The notes under the pieces were generated by a model. That model did no database searches and was not told where the DNA came from. It saw only the letters and a list, made by a program, of their open reading frames with translations. Both the position numbers and the translations under genes were made by a program. DNA of 63,068 nt, the filler included, from Reticulomyxa filosa (taxonomy: Eukaryota > Protista > Foraminifera), in assembly GCA_000512085.1 (NCBI GenBank). It is 25 parts of 25 records of this genome, joined end to end, with 100 filler letters (N's around TTAATTAATTAA, not from the genome) between each part and the next. Parts side by side here need not be neighbours in the genome. Positions count along the whole stretch, not along the records: positions 25,043 to 26,264 come from ASPP01014599.1; positions 26,365 to 27,523 come from ASPP01022454.1; positions 27,624 to 29,962 come from ASPP01025837.1; positions 30,063 to 37,218 come from ASPP01012239.1; positions 37,319 to 38,328 come from ASPP01049150.1; 20 more parts are not named here. The stretch is one strand, 5' to 3'. Below are positions 25,481 to 38,428 of this stretch, in pieces (position 1 is the stretch's first letter; every line of letters starts with the position of its first letter).

Positions 25481-26212
25481 AAAGGCTATGTCCATGATTT
25501 TCCATTAAACTATTCACAAGCGCTAATAGAAAGTGAAGCCTTACAAAAAGGAGATTGGATTGACAAAGGGACCGCATTTGTTTGCATTGATTTTAATTTA
25601 TACAATCCTTCAGTTCCGTTCTAGCCTCAACAAACAGACAAACAAACAGCTTTATTTTGTGACATTTGCATGTGGAGAATAAAAATATACAACAACAACA
25701 ACAACAAACACACATGACAAAAAAAAAGAAAAATATGCACACAATTGGCCGCGTGGCGTTTGAAATGCCGACGGGCGGAGTGTTCCCGTATTATGAGATG
25801 AAAACATGGAAGTTTTTGAGATACTCGGACAGCTCGGGCACAGGATTAGCCGCGCTTCAAGTGGTATGGGTAGTGTTCATCATTGGCTTTACGATCCTGA
25901 TGGCGTACGAAATGTATCGTGAAGGATGCAGCTGTTCAAAGACAGGATACTGGGGCAAAACCCGTTGGAGGATATTGGACATAATCAACTACTGCTTTTT
26001 CTATGCGGCCATATTTCTATTCATTGCCAACGAGTCGTATCGAGCCCACAAGAATTGGACCGATGCTGATGAGTACCGCTCCTTCCGCAAACTGCAATAT
26101 CTGTTTTTGTCCGAAACGTATATTTTGGCGCTCAATGGCTTTTTGTCTTTTTTCAAGTTGTTCAAATTCTTTAGTGTCAACCGTCGACTTCGATTTTTCT
26201 TTACGATGTTGG
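25167..26212 (+). CDS. Polycystin-2 (TRPP/PKD2-family) cation channel, internal exons
   Basis: TOP-domain motifs YASYSAGG|YVHDF, WIDKGTAFVCIDFNLYNP and FEMPTGG, then TM helices with WRILD and FFKLFKFFSVNRRL. Confidence 0.88.
25415..25478. repeat. (AAT)n microsatellite in an intron of the polycystin gene
   Basis: About 20 AAT units. Similar tracts occur at 37180-37218, 39639-39693 and 51778-51808. Confidence 0.95.
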
Positions 26213-26529
26213 GTATGTTATTATATACATATATATATATATTATTTTTTTTTTTGTTTTGTTTNNNNNNNNNNNNNNNNNNNNNNNNNNNNNNNNNNNN
26301 NNNNNNNNTTAATTAATTAANNNNNNNNNNNNNNNNNNNNNNNNNNNNNNNNNNNNNNNNNNNNTGTTCATCATACCCACCAAGGCAAGCAATTTGAAAA
26401 AAAAAAAAATATATATACATATATTTTTTTGTACAGCACACAAACTCCAAAAAAATTCAAAGTAATTTTAGACTACATTTTGTTCATAGGGAAATAATAT
26501 TTCAGTCTTCATTTTTCAACATTAATCAA

Positions 26530-27438
26530 ATGACCGACGCCTCTGCCCCGAATTCAAATGTATCATCACCAAAGATGTCGTCCCAACGTCACGTTCACCA
26601 ACCGCGGGGTCACCAAAGAAGTCTCACAACAAACCAAGAGGAAGTTTGGGTCTCTCTACAAATATATGTTTGTGCTTCCACCTCCAAAAAAAACTCAACG
26701 AAAGTTAGCTTTTTGAAGGAGGTGCACTATATGTACATATATTTTTGTAATAACAGTGAATTTTTGGAATTAATTCATTTAAACATTTTGAAATGAGAAT
26801 ATCGAATCGAATAAGAAAAAATAAAAATAAAAAAAAATAAAAAAAGATGAAAATTTTAAAGAGTTACCAGAAGAGCTTCAAAAGTTGGCAAAAATACACA
26901 ATGACCCACGAGTGAGCAAGTCGATCGGTGCAATGGACTCGACGCTGCTGCGCAGTAAAAGTTTCCGTGCAAGAGACAATCGAGGGCCACTCGCGCGCCG
27001 CGGCTCTCACATATCATCTCAATCGTCAGACGACGAAACAGTGAGTGTGGATTCGGAAGCAGGATATATATATGTCCCAGGTGTGAAAATGAACGACGAG
27101 GAGACGAAGCAACTGCTGAAGCAATTGACGGACAAGCGAAAGGAATTGAGTCGATGCAAGGCGGAATTACGCAAAGTGACGACAGACTTGAAATCGATCA
27201 AAACCTCACATGACAATCAAATCAAGCGATTGACAACGCAAATCGAAAAGTTGGAAAAATCGAACAAAGAGGCGCTCGCACTTAAAAACGACGTCGCCAA
27301 GCAAATTAAGAGCATGTCTTCGTTGCGCAATTCCCTTTCTGCTGGCGATGCCAATGGAGAAGATGCCGCAACACAGAGAGCAACTGCTAAGATCCGTCGT
27401 GATATGATTAAACTGCAAAAAGAATTGGATAAATCAAA
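26530..27438 (+). CDS. Coiled-coil protein, 5' part, multi-exon
   Basis: Ser-rich first exon, then a long heptad-rich frame 26885-27438 (LLKQLTDKRKELSRCKAELRKV...) ending at a GT donor. Confidence 0.65.
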
Positions 27439-27689
27439 AGTTTTGATTTAACCAAAAAAAAAAATTTTTTTTTTTTTTTTTTTTTTAAAAAATAAAATTA
27501 ATACCCTTTTTTTTTTTTTTTTTNNNNNNNNNNNNNNNNNNNNNNNNNNNNNNNNNNNNNNNNNNNNTTAATTAATTAANNNNNNNNNNNNNNNNNNNNN
27601 NNNNNNNNNNNNNNNNNNNNNNNAACACAATTCATTCAATTCACACAAAAAGAAATTTTTTAATCAAAAAATTTGAAGCGAGTGTCAAA

Positions 27690-29940
27690 TGCTTGTGACA
27701 AATATGCCACCAACTTGACGTTGTTTGAATTTCACTTCACTCTTGCTTGCTGCAACCGCAACCACAACAGCCACTTTCCAATTATTCGATAAACAGGTAT
27801 TGTCTTTGTAGGTCTATGTTATATACGTATGTATTGATTATACATATTTCAATCGCATTATAAGAAACGTTATAACTTGGAAATTAGGTTGCGCAAATGA
27901 CATGATAATAATCAACTTTCAAATTGTCCGATTTCTTTTAATATATCATGCGCCATATTATATGGCATGGACCTTCAATTTTTTTTTCAAATTGTATGCC
28001 ATTCAAAGCGCAGTACCATGACCCATATCCAATGCACGCCGTCACTAAAATTGATATTTGTTCAATAACAGGCATACGTGTTGTAGTGTGGCTCCATGAT
28101 TTGTTATATTGGATTTCCATCAGCAACAATTTGACAATGATTTACCACTTTGTTTACTTTCATGTCTGCAACCATCGATACTTGCTGCTACTGTTGCCAT
28201 TACTGCTATGAAGTCACTGCAGCACCAATGGCAATGTAAACAGCGACAACTGTCCATCTTCATTTGTACACTTTTAAATATCTATTCAAAAAATTTAAGC
28301 AACACATATAAATGTATAATCAGTACACGTATAAAGACGTATACAAAAAATACTTTTTCAAGCAATGGACCCAATCACGATTATAACATCAGATGGCAGG
28401 AAAGAGGGGCATGCGCAATAACAGCAAATCCTTGTGACATGATAAATTGAGTTCTTGCCGTTTGAGTACGCACTTCGATTTCAATGACAATACCACTATC
28501 AAGCATTCCGTTATTTTTCATTGAACGGACTGAGGGAATCATTGAAAGGCTCGTCCCTTAGAACTACAATTTTTTGAGTGATAGCCTTGTCAATAGAAGG
28601 ACCTTCCACTTCTTAAATCCGAGCGATTCGGTTTTTTTGGTAATCGGACAATCCGTTCGTATCACAGCGACAAGGTCTTTGGAGGGGGGAGCATAATATA
28701 ATCGACTGCTGATACTGACGTTGTCCACGTATCCACCAGCGGCGCCCCCGACACATTAAAGTATTCATTGAAATGGTGGAGCAACTTTTGAATAATCGAT
28801 CCAATTATCAATTGGCACGACGTTGCAAATGACACAACAATATTAGCTCTTCCACCGCACACACCAAATCAAAGTCGCTGGAATACAGCAACGGCATCCA
28901 AATATTTGATCACACGATACGAGTCCAATGTCTCGAAACAATTGACTAATGAGTAGAATAAAACATGGATTGCGCTTTGTCGTCATCATCATTTTAATCA
29001 TTGGATATTGTCACACCAGTCAAGCAGCTTCCATTGAGAGTCTCTTTTTTTTCTTTTCATCCACGATATTTTCCAACTATGAAGTCCATCCGTTCTTGTC
29101 ATCGCCCTTGTGATGGAGAGACACACCTTGGACTTGATATTGTCACATTCGTTCAGCAGCTTCCATTGAATTCGATCATACCTTTGTAATATCCAATAAA
29201 ATTCGTCCCAGGCCTCTTGAAATTGCTCAAAGGTGACTGGAGATATTAGCAGTTTTCTGTCGAATTAGTGCTTTGAACATTTCTTGAATGTAGACATGTT
29301 TTAATATTCCATCCTTGTCTAGGTCAAAGAAATGAAACGCGTCATTGAGCTGCAAATCAAAGTTGGAGTTTATCTTTTCATTGGCATTTGTCTTTGCCTT
29401 CGTGTCGTGATCAGTTTGAGGAAATCGACATTGAAGATGCAATATTCAAAGATCCACTGTCCGCTCACCTGACGATATCGAGCTAGAAGATCGTAAATAT
29501 CCTCTTCGCGATTATAATCAACAAAGTATAGTTTCAGCATGCAATCCAAACACAAGTGGACTTGCTCACATTCTGAGCATTGGAAAAACCAATCCCCTTT
29601 GATGGATTTGCTCCCATGACAATAGCAGTGGTCACTCACCATGCCGACGCTTTTGTAACTTCACATTATGGACGTCGTCATTTCAAACATTGGAGACTCG
29701 GATCACAAACGACCCTCGCTTTGGTGGACATGTAAAGTAATGTATTCCTTTGTACGTGCCGTCGTGCTCGTTTGTTGCAAAGTGCATGATGCCAATGAAA
29801 CGGATCGTGGCCACCATACCGTTAGCAAAGTTCAGCCTCACTCAACCAAGGACTTATCATCGCTTTTTTCCAATTCTGTTCACTTGTTTGAGTTACGTTG
29901 CTGTCTTGGTCGAACTCGTTCCATGCTGAATGGTGAGTGA
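27690..29940 (-). pseudogene. Decayed ZZ zinc finger + EF-hand + probable NADPH oxidase/ferric reductase gene
   Basis: ZZ-like HCYCHGSKSIKGDWFFQCSECEQVHLCLDC; EF-hand AFHFFDLDKDGIL. Downstream remnants HGATLQH, ISILVTACIG (cf. ILVGAGIG NADPH-binding motif) and a terminal KVAVV...VKFK. Many stops. Confidence 0.5.
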
Positions 29941-30769
29941 ATTATGCTATGTCAGTGATTCANNNNNNNNNNNNNNNNNNNNNNNNNNNNNNNNNNNNNN
30001 NNNNNNTTAATTAATTAANNNNNNNNNNNNNNNNNNNNNNNNNNNNNNNNNNNNNNNNNNNNAAAACCCGGAATTCAAACCCTTTCGGTTCCAACTTTTT
30101 TAGTTAATATTATATTTTTTTTTTATTACTTTATTTTTTTTTCTTTTTTACTTTTTTACTTATTTTTTTTTATTTTCTATTTATTAGTCACTTTTTTTTT
30201 CTCACCACTACAGCTTACTTTTTCTTTTCCCCCCCCCCCCCCTATTTCATTTCCACTTTTTTTCAATTATCATTTAAGAAAAAACATATATCTAAACTTT
30301 TTTTGTTGTACCAAATACACATTTGCAAACACAAATAAAGTTATATTTTAAAATTTTTTAAAAACAAAAAATATTTTTATAACTATGATAAGCCGATCAC
30401 CATCCAATATCCAAGTTCTTTTTCCTATTGTAACACTGCAAATTTTTTTGTTTTTTTATTTGATAGAGTACGTAAACAAATACACAATAAATAAATATAT
30501 ATACAAATATGGATTTTTCATTTGAGGGGGAATTCCTATATCACAAGTACAAACATATTTTGTAATAAATGGATGTATATAAATAATAAAAACATATACA
30601 AACATTTTTGTTTTTTTTCGCAGACGGGGTAGATTTCAACCCCATGATTATCATTTTTTTGTGTGTGAAGTTGGCAGAGCAGTACATATTTGTGAGGGGA
30701 ACCTATATTGCAAAACATACAGCATTTGAACATATAAAAAAGAAATAAATAAATATAACAAACCTGATT

Positions 30770-32574
30770 TTCTCCTTGCGGAGACAGAGTGGTTTATACC
30801 CCGTATTTTCTTCTATTTTTCATTACATTTGGTTGTGCTATTGAAAATAAACACACAATCCATAGTTACAAATCGAACATAAATAAAAATAAAAGAATTA
30901 CCTTCTACTGACGTCTTGCAATTGCAATACATCTCTCGCATTGCAAATCACAAAGTGATTATAACACTCATTCACCGTTTAGGTTCTCCAATTCTGACAC
31001 AATTTGATCAACATTGTCTGCCATCTCCTAGCTCCGCTAGTATTTTCTATAAATAGATATCAAGCAAAAAAAATAACATCATTATTGAACAACAATGAAG
31101 AAAAAACAAAAATAACTTGTTACAGTCCATGATATAGCTGACGATTTCAATTAATAGCCAATATAATGTAGAATTCAATGTATTGTTGCCTGCAAATAAT
31201 TTGAACGGTTAGCTGCAAGTGTTTATATGTGATTTGGAGAAATGCTCGGAGCAAGAGAATTTTGCAATGTGAGTTTATCCACTTCTTGATATCTTGCATT
31301 GAGTCTAAGTGCCATATGATCAAGCCTTTTTGAATGTAGCGCTAGTTTGCACAAAAGATGATGAGCAAATATGACCAACTTCATAGTCGGATCATTGTCG
31401 CTCAGTCTCCTTTTTTACGCTAACAGCGCTTCTATCACTAAAGGCATGCTCCTGCCATGGAAATGGAACCACTGACTTTCCGTCAGTTTGTCCCAGCAAT
31501 TGCGGCTTGTTGGCAATGATTCCAATTATTCATTGTTCGTTCATTTTCCATTTAGCAATGGCACCAAGTATTGTCACAATCTGATTTTTTAGTTTTTTTT
31601 TACTTTTTTTTGTTTAAAAACAAGCAAACAAACAAAGAAAAGAACTTAACATTGCAGCGTTTGATAAAATAGCCAGCGAAGTTGGACATTATGACTTGGA
31701 CGTAAATTTGGGCTTTGCACAAATTTGAGAGTGTAACTCGCTTGGATTGGATAGCGAGACGCTGAAAATAAATCTGCCGCTGTCGTAGATAGTATTGGTG
31801 GTTGTCTTCTTGTTTGTGGCGACGTTGTACCCAAAACAATTGATCACAAACAACGTCTACAATCCATACTCGCTTCTGGCTGTTGCAAGTTGTATTCGAC
31901 GATAGTGTGCTTATCATTACACCCACTTTGCAATTTGCCAACATGCTGTTATTTTTGTTTTTTCAAAAAATGCTCTTTTTAAATCAAATCCATAATCTAC
32001 ATAATCCATCCTCTCCCTTTACTATCTCTTGATATACGTAAACCTCGCTCTTTTTTTTTTCATGACCATTTTTTTTTCCATTTAATCTTTCTATCACTGT
32101 TATGTACCTGAGTGTTGCTTCTTTGAATGTCCATTTGTAGGTTGTTGGTGATATACTCGAAATGGATAGTAACTTATTCATGGACAGTATTTTTTTGTAT
32201 AAACTGTTCTTGGACTGCTTTTGATTGGTAACAAAATTGCTTTGGAGAACACGTACAATTTCGTTTTCTAATGATATCGACTCATTGTTAGAAATTTGTA
32301 CTGATGATGCGTTTACCACGTTGTTATAGATTTGTAGACATTGCTCACACTTCCACATTTTTAATTTCCACATATAGTTAGCAGATTGTTTGAGCAACGT
32401 ATCACATGATGTTAACAATATGTTCATATCGCTATGTTGACTGAAGTGTGTTTGTCCGTTCGTCCCACTGCAATCGCTTGTATTTATCTTGCTTGCATTT
32501 AGCAGCACAAACGCGTTTATTACATGCATCAACACCAACGACGATTTCATGTTGCTGTCTGAATAACCACTCAA
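30770..32574 (-). pseudogene. Decayed multi-exon gene with a weak HEAT/condensin-D2-like remnant
   Basis: 196-aa ORF at 31984-32574 plus broken frames such as RRLSDNDPTMKL..HLL and NSTLYWLLIEIVSYI. The family assignment is tentative. Confidence 0.3.
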
Positions 32575-33014
32575 TATTTTCTCGTCTGTTTTCCCCCTCC
32601 ACTTCTACTGAATACACTGAAACGGAAGGACATCAAGTGAGCAATAAAGCCACTTCAAGATAAAAATAAAAAAATTTTGTAGCAAGCGATTTATCTACTT
32701 CATTACACTCAACCAACTGATTCTCTCTTATGAGTTTCAATCCTGTTGCTGGTATACAAACTCTGATGTAAGCCTCGTTTCGAGTTAATAATGCAATATA
32801 GAAACCATTTTTTCTTCTACAAAGTCTGTTGTTTAAAAGATGTAAGATTAGCCTGATATGAATTAAGTAAAAACAACAAACTCAAAATAATAAAAATTAT
32901 GTAAAATATTTAACTTAATAAAATTTTTAGTTGTACAAAACTCTAAAAAAATTCTTAAAAAAAAACACTTAAAGCATCCCTTCATCCTAATTTTTTCTTA
33001 ACGATCAAGTAATC

Positions 33015-34820
33015 ATGGGCAATCAAACAGGAAAAAAAGAAAATCCTGATGAGACTTCAACAAACAAAGAAAAAGAAAGTGACAAAAGAAAAACACAAGA
33101 CGAAGGAGTTCCTGTAAATGAAACCGCAAAAAGGAAGGGGTTTATAAAAACGAAACTTCAGAATCAGAAAAAGATAATGAAAATGAAAAATTGGATACAG
33201 CGAAAGAAAATTAAGACAATATTACCAATCACAAAATAAGTTAGCCTCATTATTTAATGGTCCTGAGCAATCAATTGATACTTGCTGCATTCAATTGTCC
33301 CTTTTGATCTAATAATAAAAGATAAAATGATCAACAATGAAGAAAAACAAAAAAAGTGAAGAAAATAAAAAATATAAGATTATAAAGAAGAAAATAGACA
33401 ATGGACAAATTCATTAATCTATGGAAATCAAAATGAAGTCATTGAATTACAAGATATTTGGAATGATCAACAAAACCAATCAAAATAAGTCACATTAGTA
33501 TTCGAGAAGCAGGGAATGGAAAAAGTATGTTGTCTCAAAGAATTGCATATTTGTGGGGGAATTATCAAATGTGGAATCATCAATTTCAATACCTATTGCA
33601 CACTTTGAGAAAAATTATCATACATTGATAACAATAGTGGTGATCAAAAGAAAGATCAAAGTAATGATGACATTGAATAATTGTGGTCAGCTATTGTCGA
33701 TGAATTGCATATTCTACGATGGAATTTAAATGACATCAAATACATTATTAATTCAATGAATGGGCTGTTGTTATTATTAGATAGATTTGATGAAATTGCA
33801 AGTGAAATCGAAAAAAAGCAATTGCTTGAAACAATGGCTACAACATTACACTTCAAATGAAAATTATTTTATAATTACCACAAGTCGACCCAATGCAATT
33901 TGTTCATATCTGAACAATCCAAGAATGTTGAATCTCATCAAATTTCGATCACATGATATTTAAACTTATATTCATACTTATTTCAAAAATAAATGAATCA
34001 AATTTATTGATGAAGAAAGACAAAGTAAATTATCTTCATCAAGTAATGATAAATGGAAAACAGTTGAATAATGCATTTCAATATTTCATTCAGGTTCCTT
34101 TATATTTTTATAATTGAAATTACAAAACTGATGCAGCTCAATTTATAATGAAATTAAAAGAAAAACAATTAAATGATATATTTAAATGTTTGATCAATGG
34201 ATTACCAGATGAAAAGGAAGATGAATAAAACCGTGAAAAATATGTAGAATTACTTGAAAAACTTTCAATGAAATGGAATGAAAAACAATTGAGTGATTCT
34301 TTCAATTTTTGATGGATATATTCAATAGCATAAATGGATCTTATTGGAAGTATGGCGTATCTTTCACTATTCCTGTCTCTCTTTGCCAATTTACTTGAAT
34401 TAATTACACGGAGATTGGATAAAAACAAACCAGTATTACTTTCAATTGTTTTATGGATAAGTTATCAAAATATTCGTATCAACTGCGTTCAATTACTTAC
34501 AGAAATTTTAAATAAATGTAATAAGAATAAATTGAATAAAGCTTTTAACTCTTCAATGGATATTCAGTCATAGAGAGGATAATATAGATGTGCGTAAGGA
34601 ATGTGTAGAATTACTTGGAATAATTGCAGTAAAACTGGACGGAAAATATTTCAGTAATGCTTTCACTGTTTAATAAATGGTAATTCAAGTGTCCAGAGAT
34701 CATGTGTACAATCACTTGTAACAATTTCAAAGAAATGGAAAAATAAACAATTGGATATTACTTTTCAATGTTTAGTGAATGGATTTCAAAATACACCTTG
34801 TGATTTACTTAAAAAAATTG
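33015..34820 (+). pseudogene. NLR-like NACHT-HEAT pseudogene with MGNQ N-terminus
   Basis: Walker A remnant REAGNGKSMLSQRIAYLW (33503-33560), Walker B LLLLLDRFDEI (~33765-33797), sensor-1 IITTSRP (~33871-33891), then HEAT-like repeats QLNDIFKCLINGL. Many stops and frameshifts. Confidence 0.85.
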
Positions 34821-35132
34821 CTTTCTTCAGTATTTCCTTTTTGTAAGTTTTAGAGTTACCTAGTAGCACTTTGATCCAAACAATTTATGTGGAACTAAAT
34901 CAACAAAGTATTACATTACCATGAAAGAAAATCAAACTCTGAATAATTTGTGACAAACATAATAAATAATAACATCTGAAAAAACATGTTGAAGAGCAAT
35001 GCAAGGTGTTGTGGATTTAAAGACAATAGTTAAAGCAACAATGAAAGGAAAGACCCGAAGTATAACAGAGTATCAAAAATTGCAAGAAGTACAAAAATGG
35101 TTTCTTTTGGAAGAGTAATAAGTGGAAAAGAA

Positions 35133-36900
35133 TTATTCATCTTCAAATTTTTTTGCCAGTATTTGAGCATGTTTTAGAATGGTTTTAGCATCAGCTGGAT
35201 CGACTTGAAGTTCTCTCAGACTATCTGGATCCAAAAGGCTAATTGCTTCAAGTCGATCAAATCCATGCTCAATTAATCGGTCATGGTATTTGGTGTACAT
35301 GGAGATTTTCATCAGCCAGTTTTTCACTTCGTTGCGAAACTGTTGTTTGGCTCGTCTTTCTTTCTCTAAGCCGGTTGGGTCGGCCTCGTCTTGCTTCATT
35401 TCTTTTGTGTCATTTATATTTGTATTGTTAATATAGATGTTTGCCAATGCATCTTATCGAAGTATATGCAAATGGTTGTTTTTTTTTGCATAAAGTGTGT
35501 CAAGTCGCAAAAAAAAAAAAAAAAAAAGGGGGAAAAATAAAAATAGAGCCTAGCCTTCGTTAATATATTTCGTGTCCATTTTCGGCTTGACCTCATTATC
35601 ATTGCTCTGCGTTTTGGATTTGGAATTTGAATTGTGTTTATGTTTGTGCTTATGATTGTGATTGTGATTGTGATTGTGATTGTGATTGTGATTGTGGCTA
35701 TGATGATGACTACGATTGGAAGTGACACTCGAACGATCATCTTTTTGTTTTTCGTCTTTTTGCCTTTCATCCCTTTGCTTTTCGTGATCACTGTCGGTAT
35801 AATCATTGCTACTTTGTGTTTCCACCTTTTCTTCAATAGCCGGCTCTTTTCTCACATCGTCAAGGGGCTTTGACGTGGTACACTTGCCAGCCACGGGGTC
35901 CCACACAATCATTTTAGTCAAGCCATTTCTGTCAATATAAGGGTGTCGCATATCAAGAGTCTGTTCAAATCATTGAGGGAATTGGAATAGATTACATTTG
36001 TTTGTTTCATGTGCATGTATGCATGTATGCATGTATATGTATGTTTTGATTTTTGAATACGTATTATGTAAAAGATATACGATTTCCTATCCCCCCCCCT
36101 TTCCTTTCTTCTCTAACTTGAAAGGGATAAACTACGTCGTCCCATCGAGTGAATGTCATTTCAACGTGGTCAAACACAGATGGTAGTTTTGCATTTTTGA
36201 TTTTTCGTTCGATAAAATTTTTCACTTTTTCGATATGTTTTTCAGTTTCATTTTTGAAATATAATAGCACGTCATTATACTCATTATTTGGTATTGATAC
36301 TATTCGGACTTGCATTTGTTTCAAATAGACGTCATTGGGAGAGCCCGTCTTATTACTTATGAAATGTATTATATCTTTTTCATTTACATCATGAGGCAAT
36401 GGAGACATTTCGATTCCATTCTTTTTATATAAATATAAATGTATATACATATATATATGTATATACATTTATATTTATATGTATGTATTTATTTATATAA
36501 ATAAAATGTTATATGCGAAACTGCAAACAAATTGGATTTGATAAGGAAAGACTGAAACCAGCTCAAATGGCATGAATTGCACATGTGAGCTATGAACTCG
36601 GTCAATTTTTTATTTTTTATTTTTGAAAATAGTTTTTCATCTAAAAACACGTACGCCATTTTCACTTGATTCAACAATATAATACGCGTGATATCCATGT
36701 CTATTTCACATGGTCACTTTCTCTTTTCTTTTGTTTGGATTTGTTTGCACAATCAAATACGTCTGAGTTTACGCAAAAAAGCAGAACAAAACAAAGAAAA
36801 AAAAAAAAATGAGACATACCATATTTGTCAATAAACTTGGAGAAGTCGTTATATTTGACATTTTTAGTCAAGTTTGTCATAAATAGTCCATTTCTAGGTT
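35133..36900 (-). CDS. Multi-exon protein with a C-terminal SAM domain and a His-Asn repeat
   Basis: EVKNWLMKISMYTKYHDRLIEHGFDRLEAISLLDPDSLRELQV...KTILK is a typical SAM domain. Upstream exons lie at 35550-35960 and 36120-36420, with AT-rich introns. Confidence 0.75.
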
Positions 36901-37180
36901 TGTGAATGGGGTCATTCTAAGTTCAATGACAGCAAGAACAAAAATAAAAATAAAAATAAAAGAAATGAAGAAAAAGATATCAATTCGTCATGAATTGATT
37001 GTTTTTTTGTTTTGTTTTTTTGTAAATACCACAAACCGTTTCAAAGCATTGCATATATTCCATATGAAACAAGCGTGGGATGAGATGAAACTTTCGACAG
37101 AGTTTGTTGTGGTTGTAATCGTCGTGATCATGATTGTGATGATGATGGTGGTTATTATTGTGATTGTGATTGTGATTGTG

Positions 37181-37218
<38 letters not shown>

Positions 37219-37318
37219 NNNNNNNNNNNNNNNNNNNNNNNNNNNNNNNNNNNNNNNNNNNNTTAATTAATTAANNNNNNNNNNNNNNNNNNNNNNNNNN
37301 NNNNNNNNNNNNNNNNNN

Positions 37319-38328
37319 ACATCATTGAAGAAAGAGACAATGCAATTAATGGACAAAATAAATGAGACAATCGAATTGAAACAAAAAGAATTGTTGGAAA
37401 AAGATAAAAAAATACAAAGAGAATCTCAACAAGAATTACTTAAATTACGTGCTGACATTGAAATTATGAAAAAAGATTTCAATGAAAAGGAAAAACAACT
37501 ATTATCCCATCATGATAAATTTGTCAAACTTTTGGAGGAAAAGAATGAGAAACTCGTTCAAGATATTCAAAAATTGTCCAACAAAGATGAACAAAAAGAA
37601 GATGATAATACTATATCTTCCAACTCCAAACAATTGTCCATTTACACTCTTGACTTGCTTCGCTCTTCTAAACTACTTACAATTTTTAGTGGACATTCCA
37701 GTTATATACGCAGTCTTCAATATTCTTCACTTGATGGTGGTCGATTTCTTTGCTCTGGGTCATATGATCGCACTGTTCGTTTATGGGATTTGGATAACAA
37801 CAAACAAATTCAGATCTTTAATGAACCAAGTTTTGTTTGGAATGCAAAATTCTCTCCATATCATCGTGATCATAATCGTCCTACCATTTGTTCAGCATCA
37901 GGTGACAAAACCATCCGGTTTTGGGACATCAAAACAGCAAAAGAATATCAGACTTTCAAAGAACACAGTAATTCTGTTTATACCATTCAATTTTCACCAT
38001 TCACTGGTGGAAGATATTTGTGTTCTGGATCTGGTGATAATACCATTCATTTATGGGATATTGAGACATCGAAATCATTGCATGTTTTCAATGGACATTT
38101 AAATACAATTAATTGTGTTGAATTTTCGCCATTGCAAAGTAATAGTAAAGATACTAATAAAATTGGTGTGATTGGTGGTGCTGGATATACCATTTGCTCT
38201 GGATCAGGTGATAACACCATTCGTTTGTGGGATATCGAAAACACTAAACAATTGGCTGCTTTCAACGGACATGAAGGAACAGTGAAAAGTGTAAAATATT
38301 CAAGAAATGAAACAAGTATTGTTGGTGG
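37319..38328 (+). CDS. Coiled-coil + WD40-repeat protein (both ends truncated)
   Basis: Repeated GH...LCSGSxDxTIRLWD units follow an E/K-rich heptad region. Confidence 0.93.
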
Positions 38329-38428
38329 NNNNNNNNNNNNNNNNNNNNNNNNNNNNNNNNNNNNNNNNNNNNTTAATTAATTAANNNNNNNNNNNNNNNN
38401 NNNNNNNNNNNNNNNNNNNNNNNNNNNN

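Noticed and set aside
30229-30243. Poly-C run as a G-quadruplex or telomeric feature
   Set aside because: Isolated homopolymer near a low-complexity contig end, with no repeat unit.
6506-34820. Stop-codon reassignment explaining the many in-frame stops
   Set aside because: Conserved genes (PDE, V-ATPase, eIF3h) have long standard-code frames, and the broken regions contain all three stop types plus frameshifts, as expected for pseudogenes.
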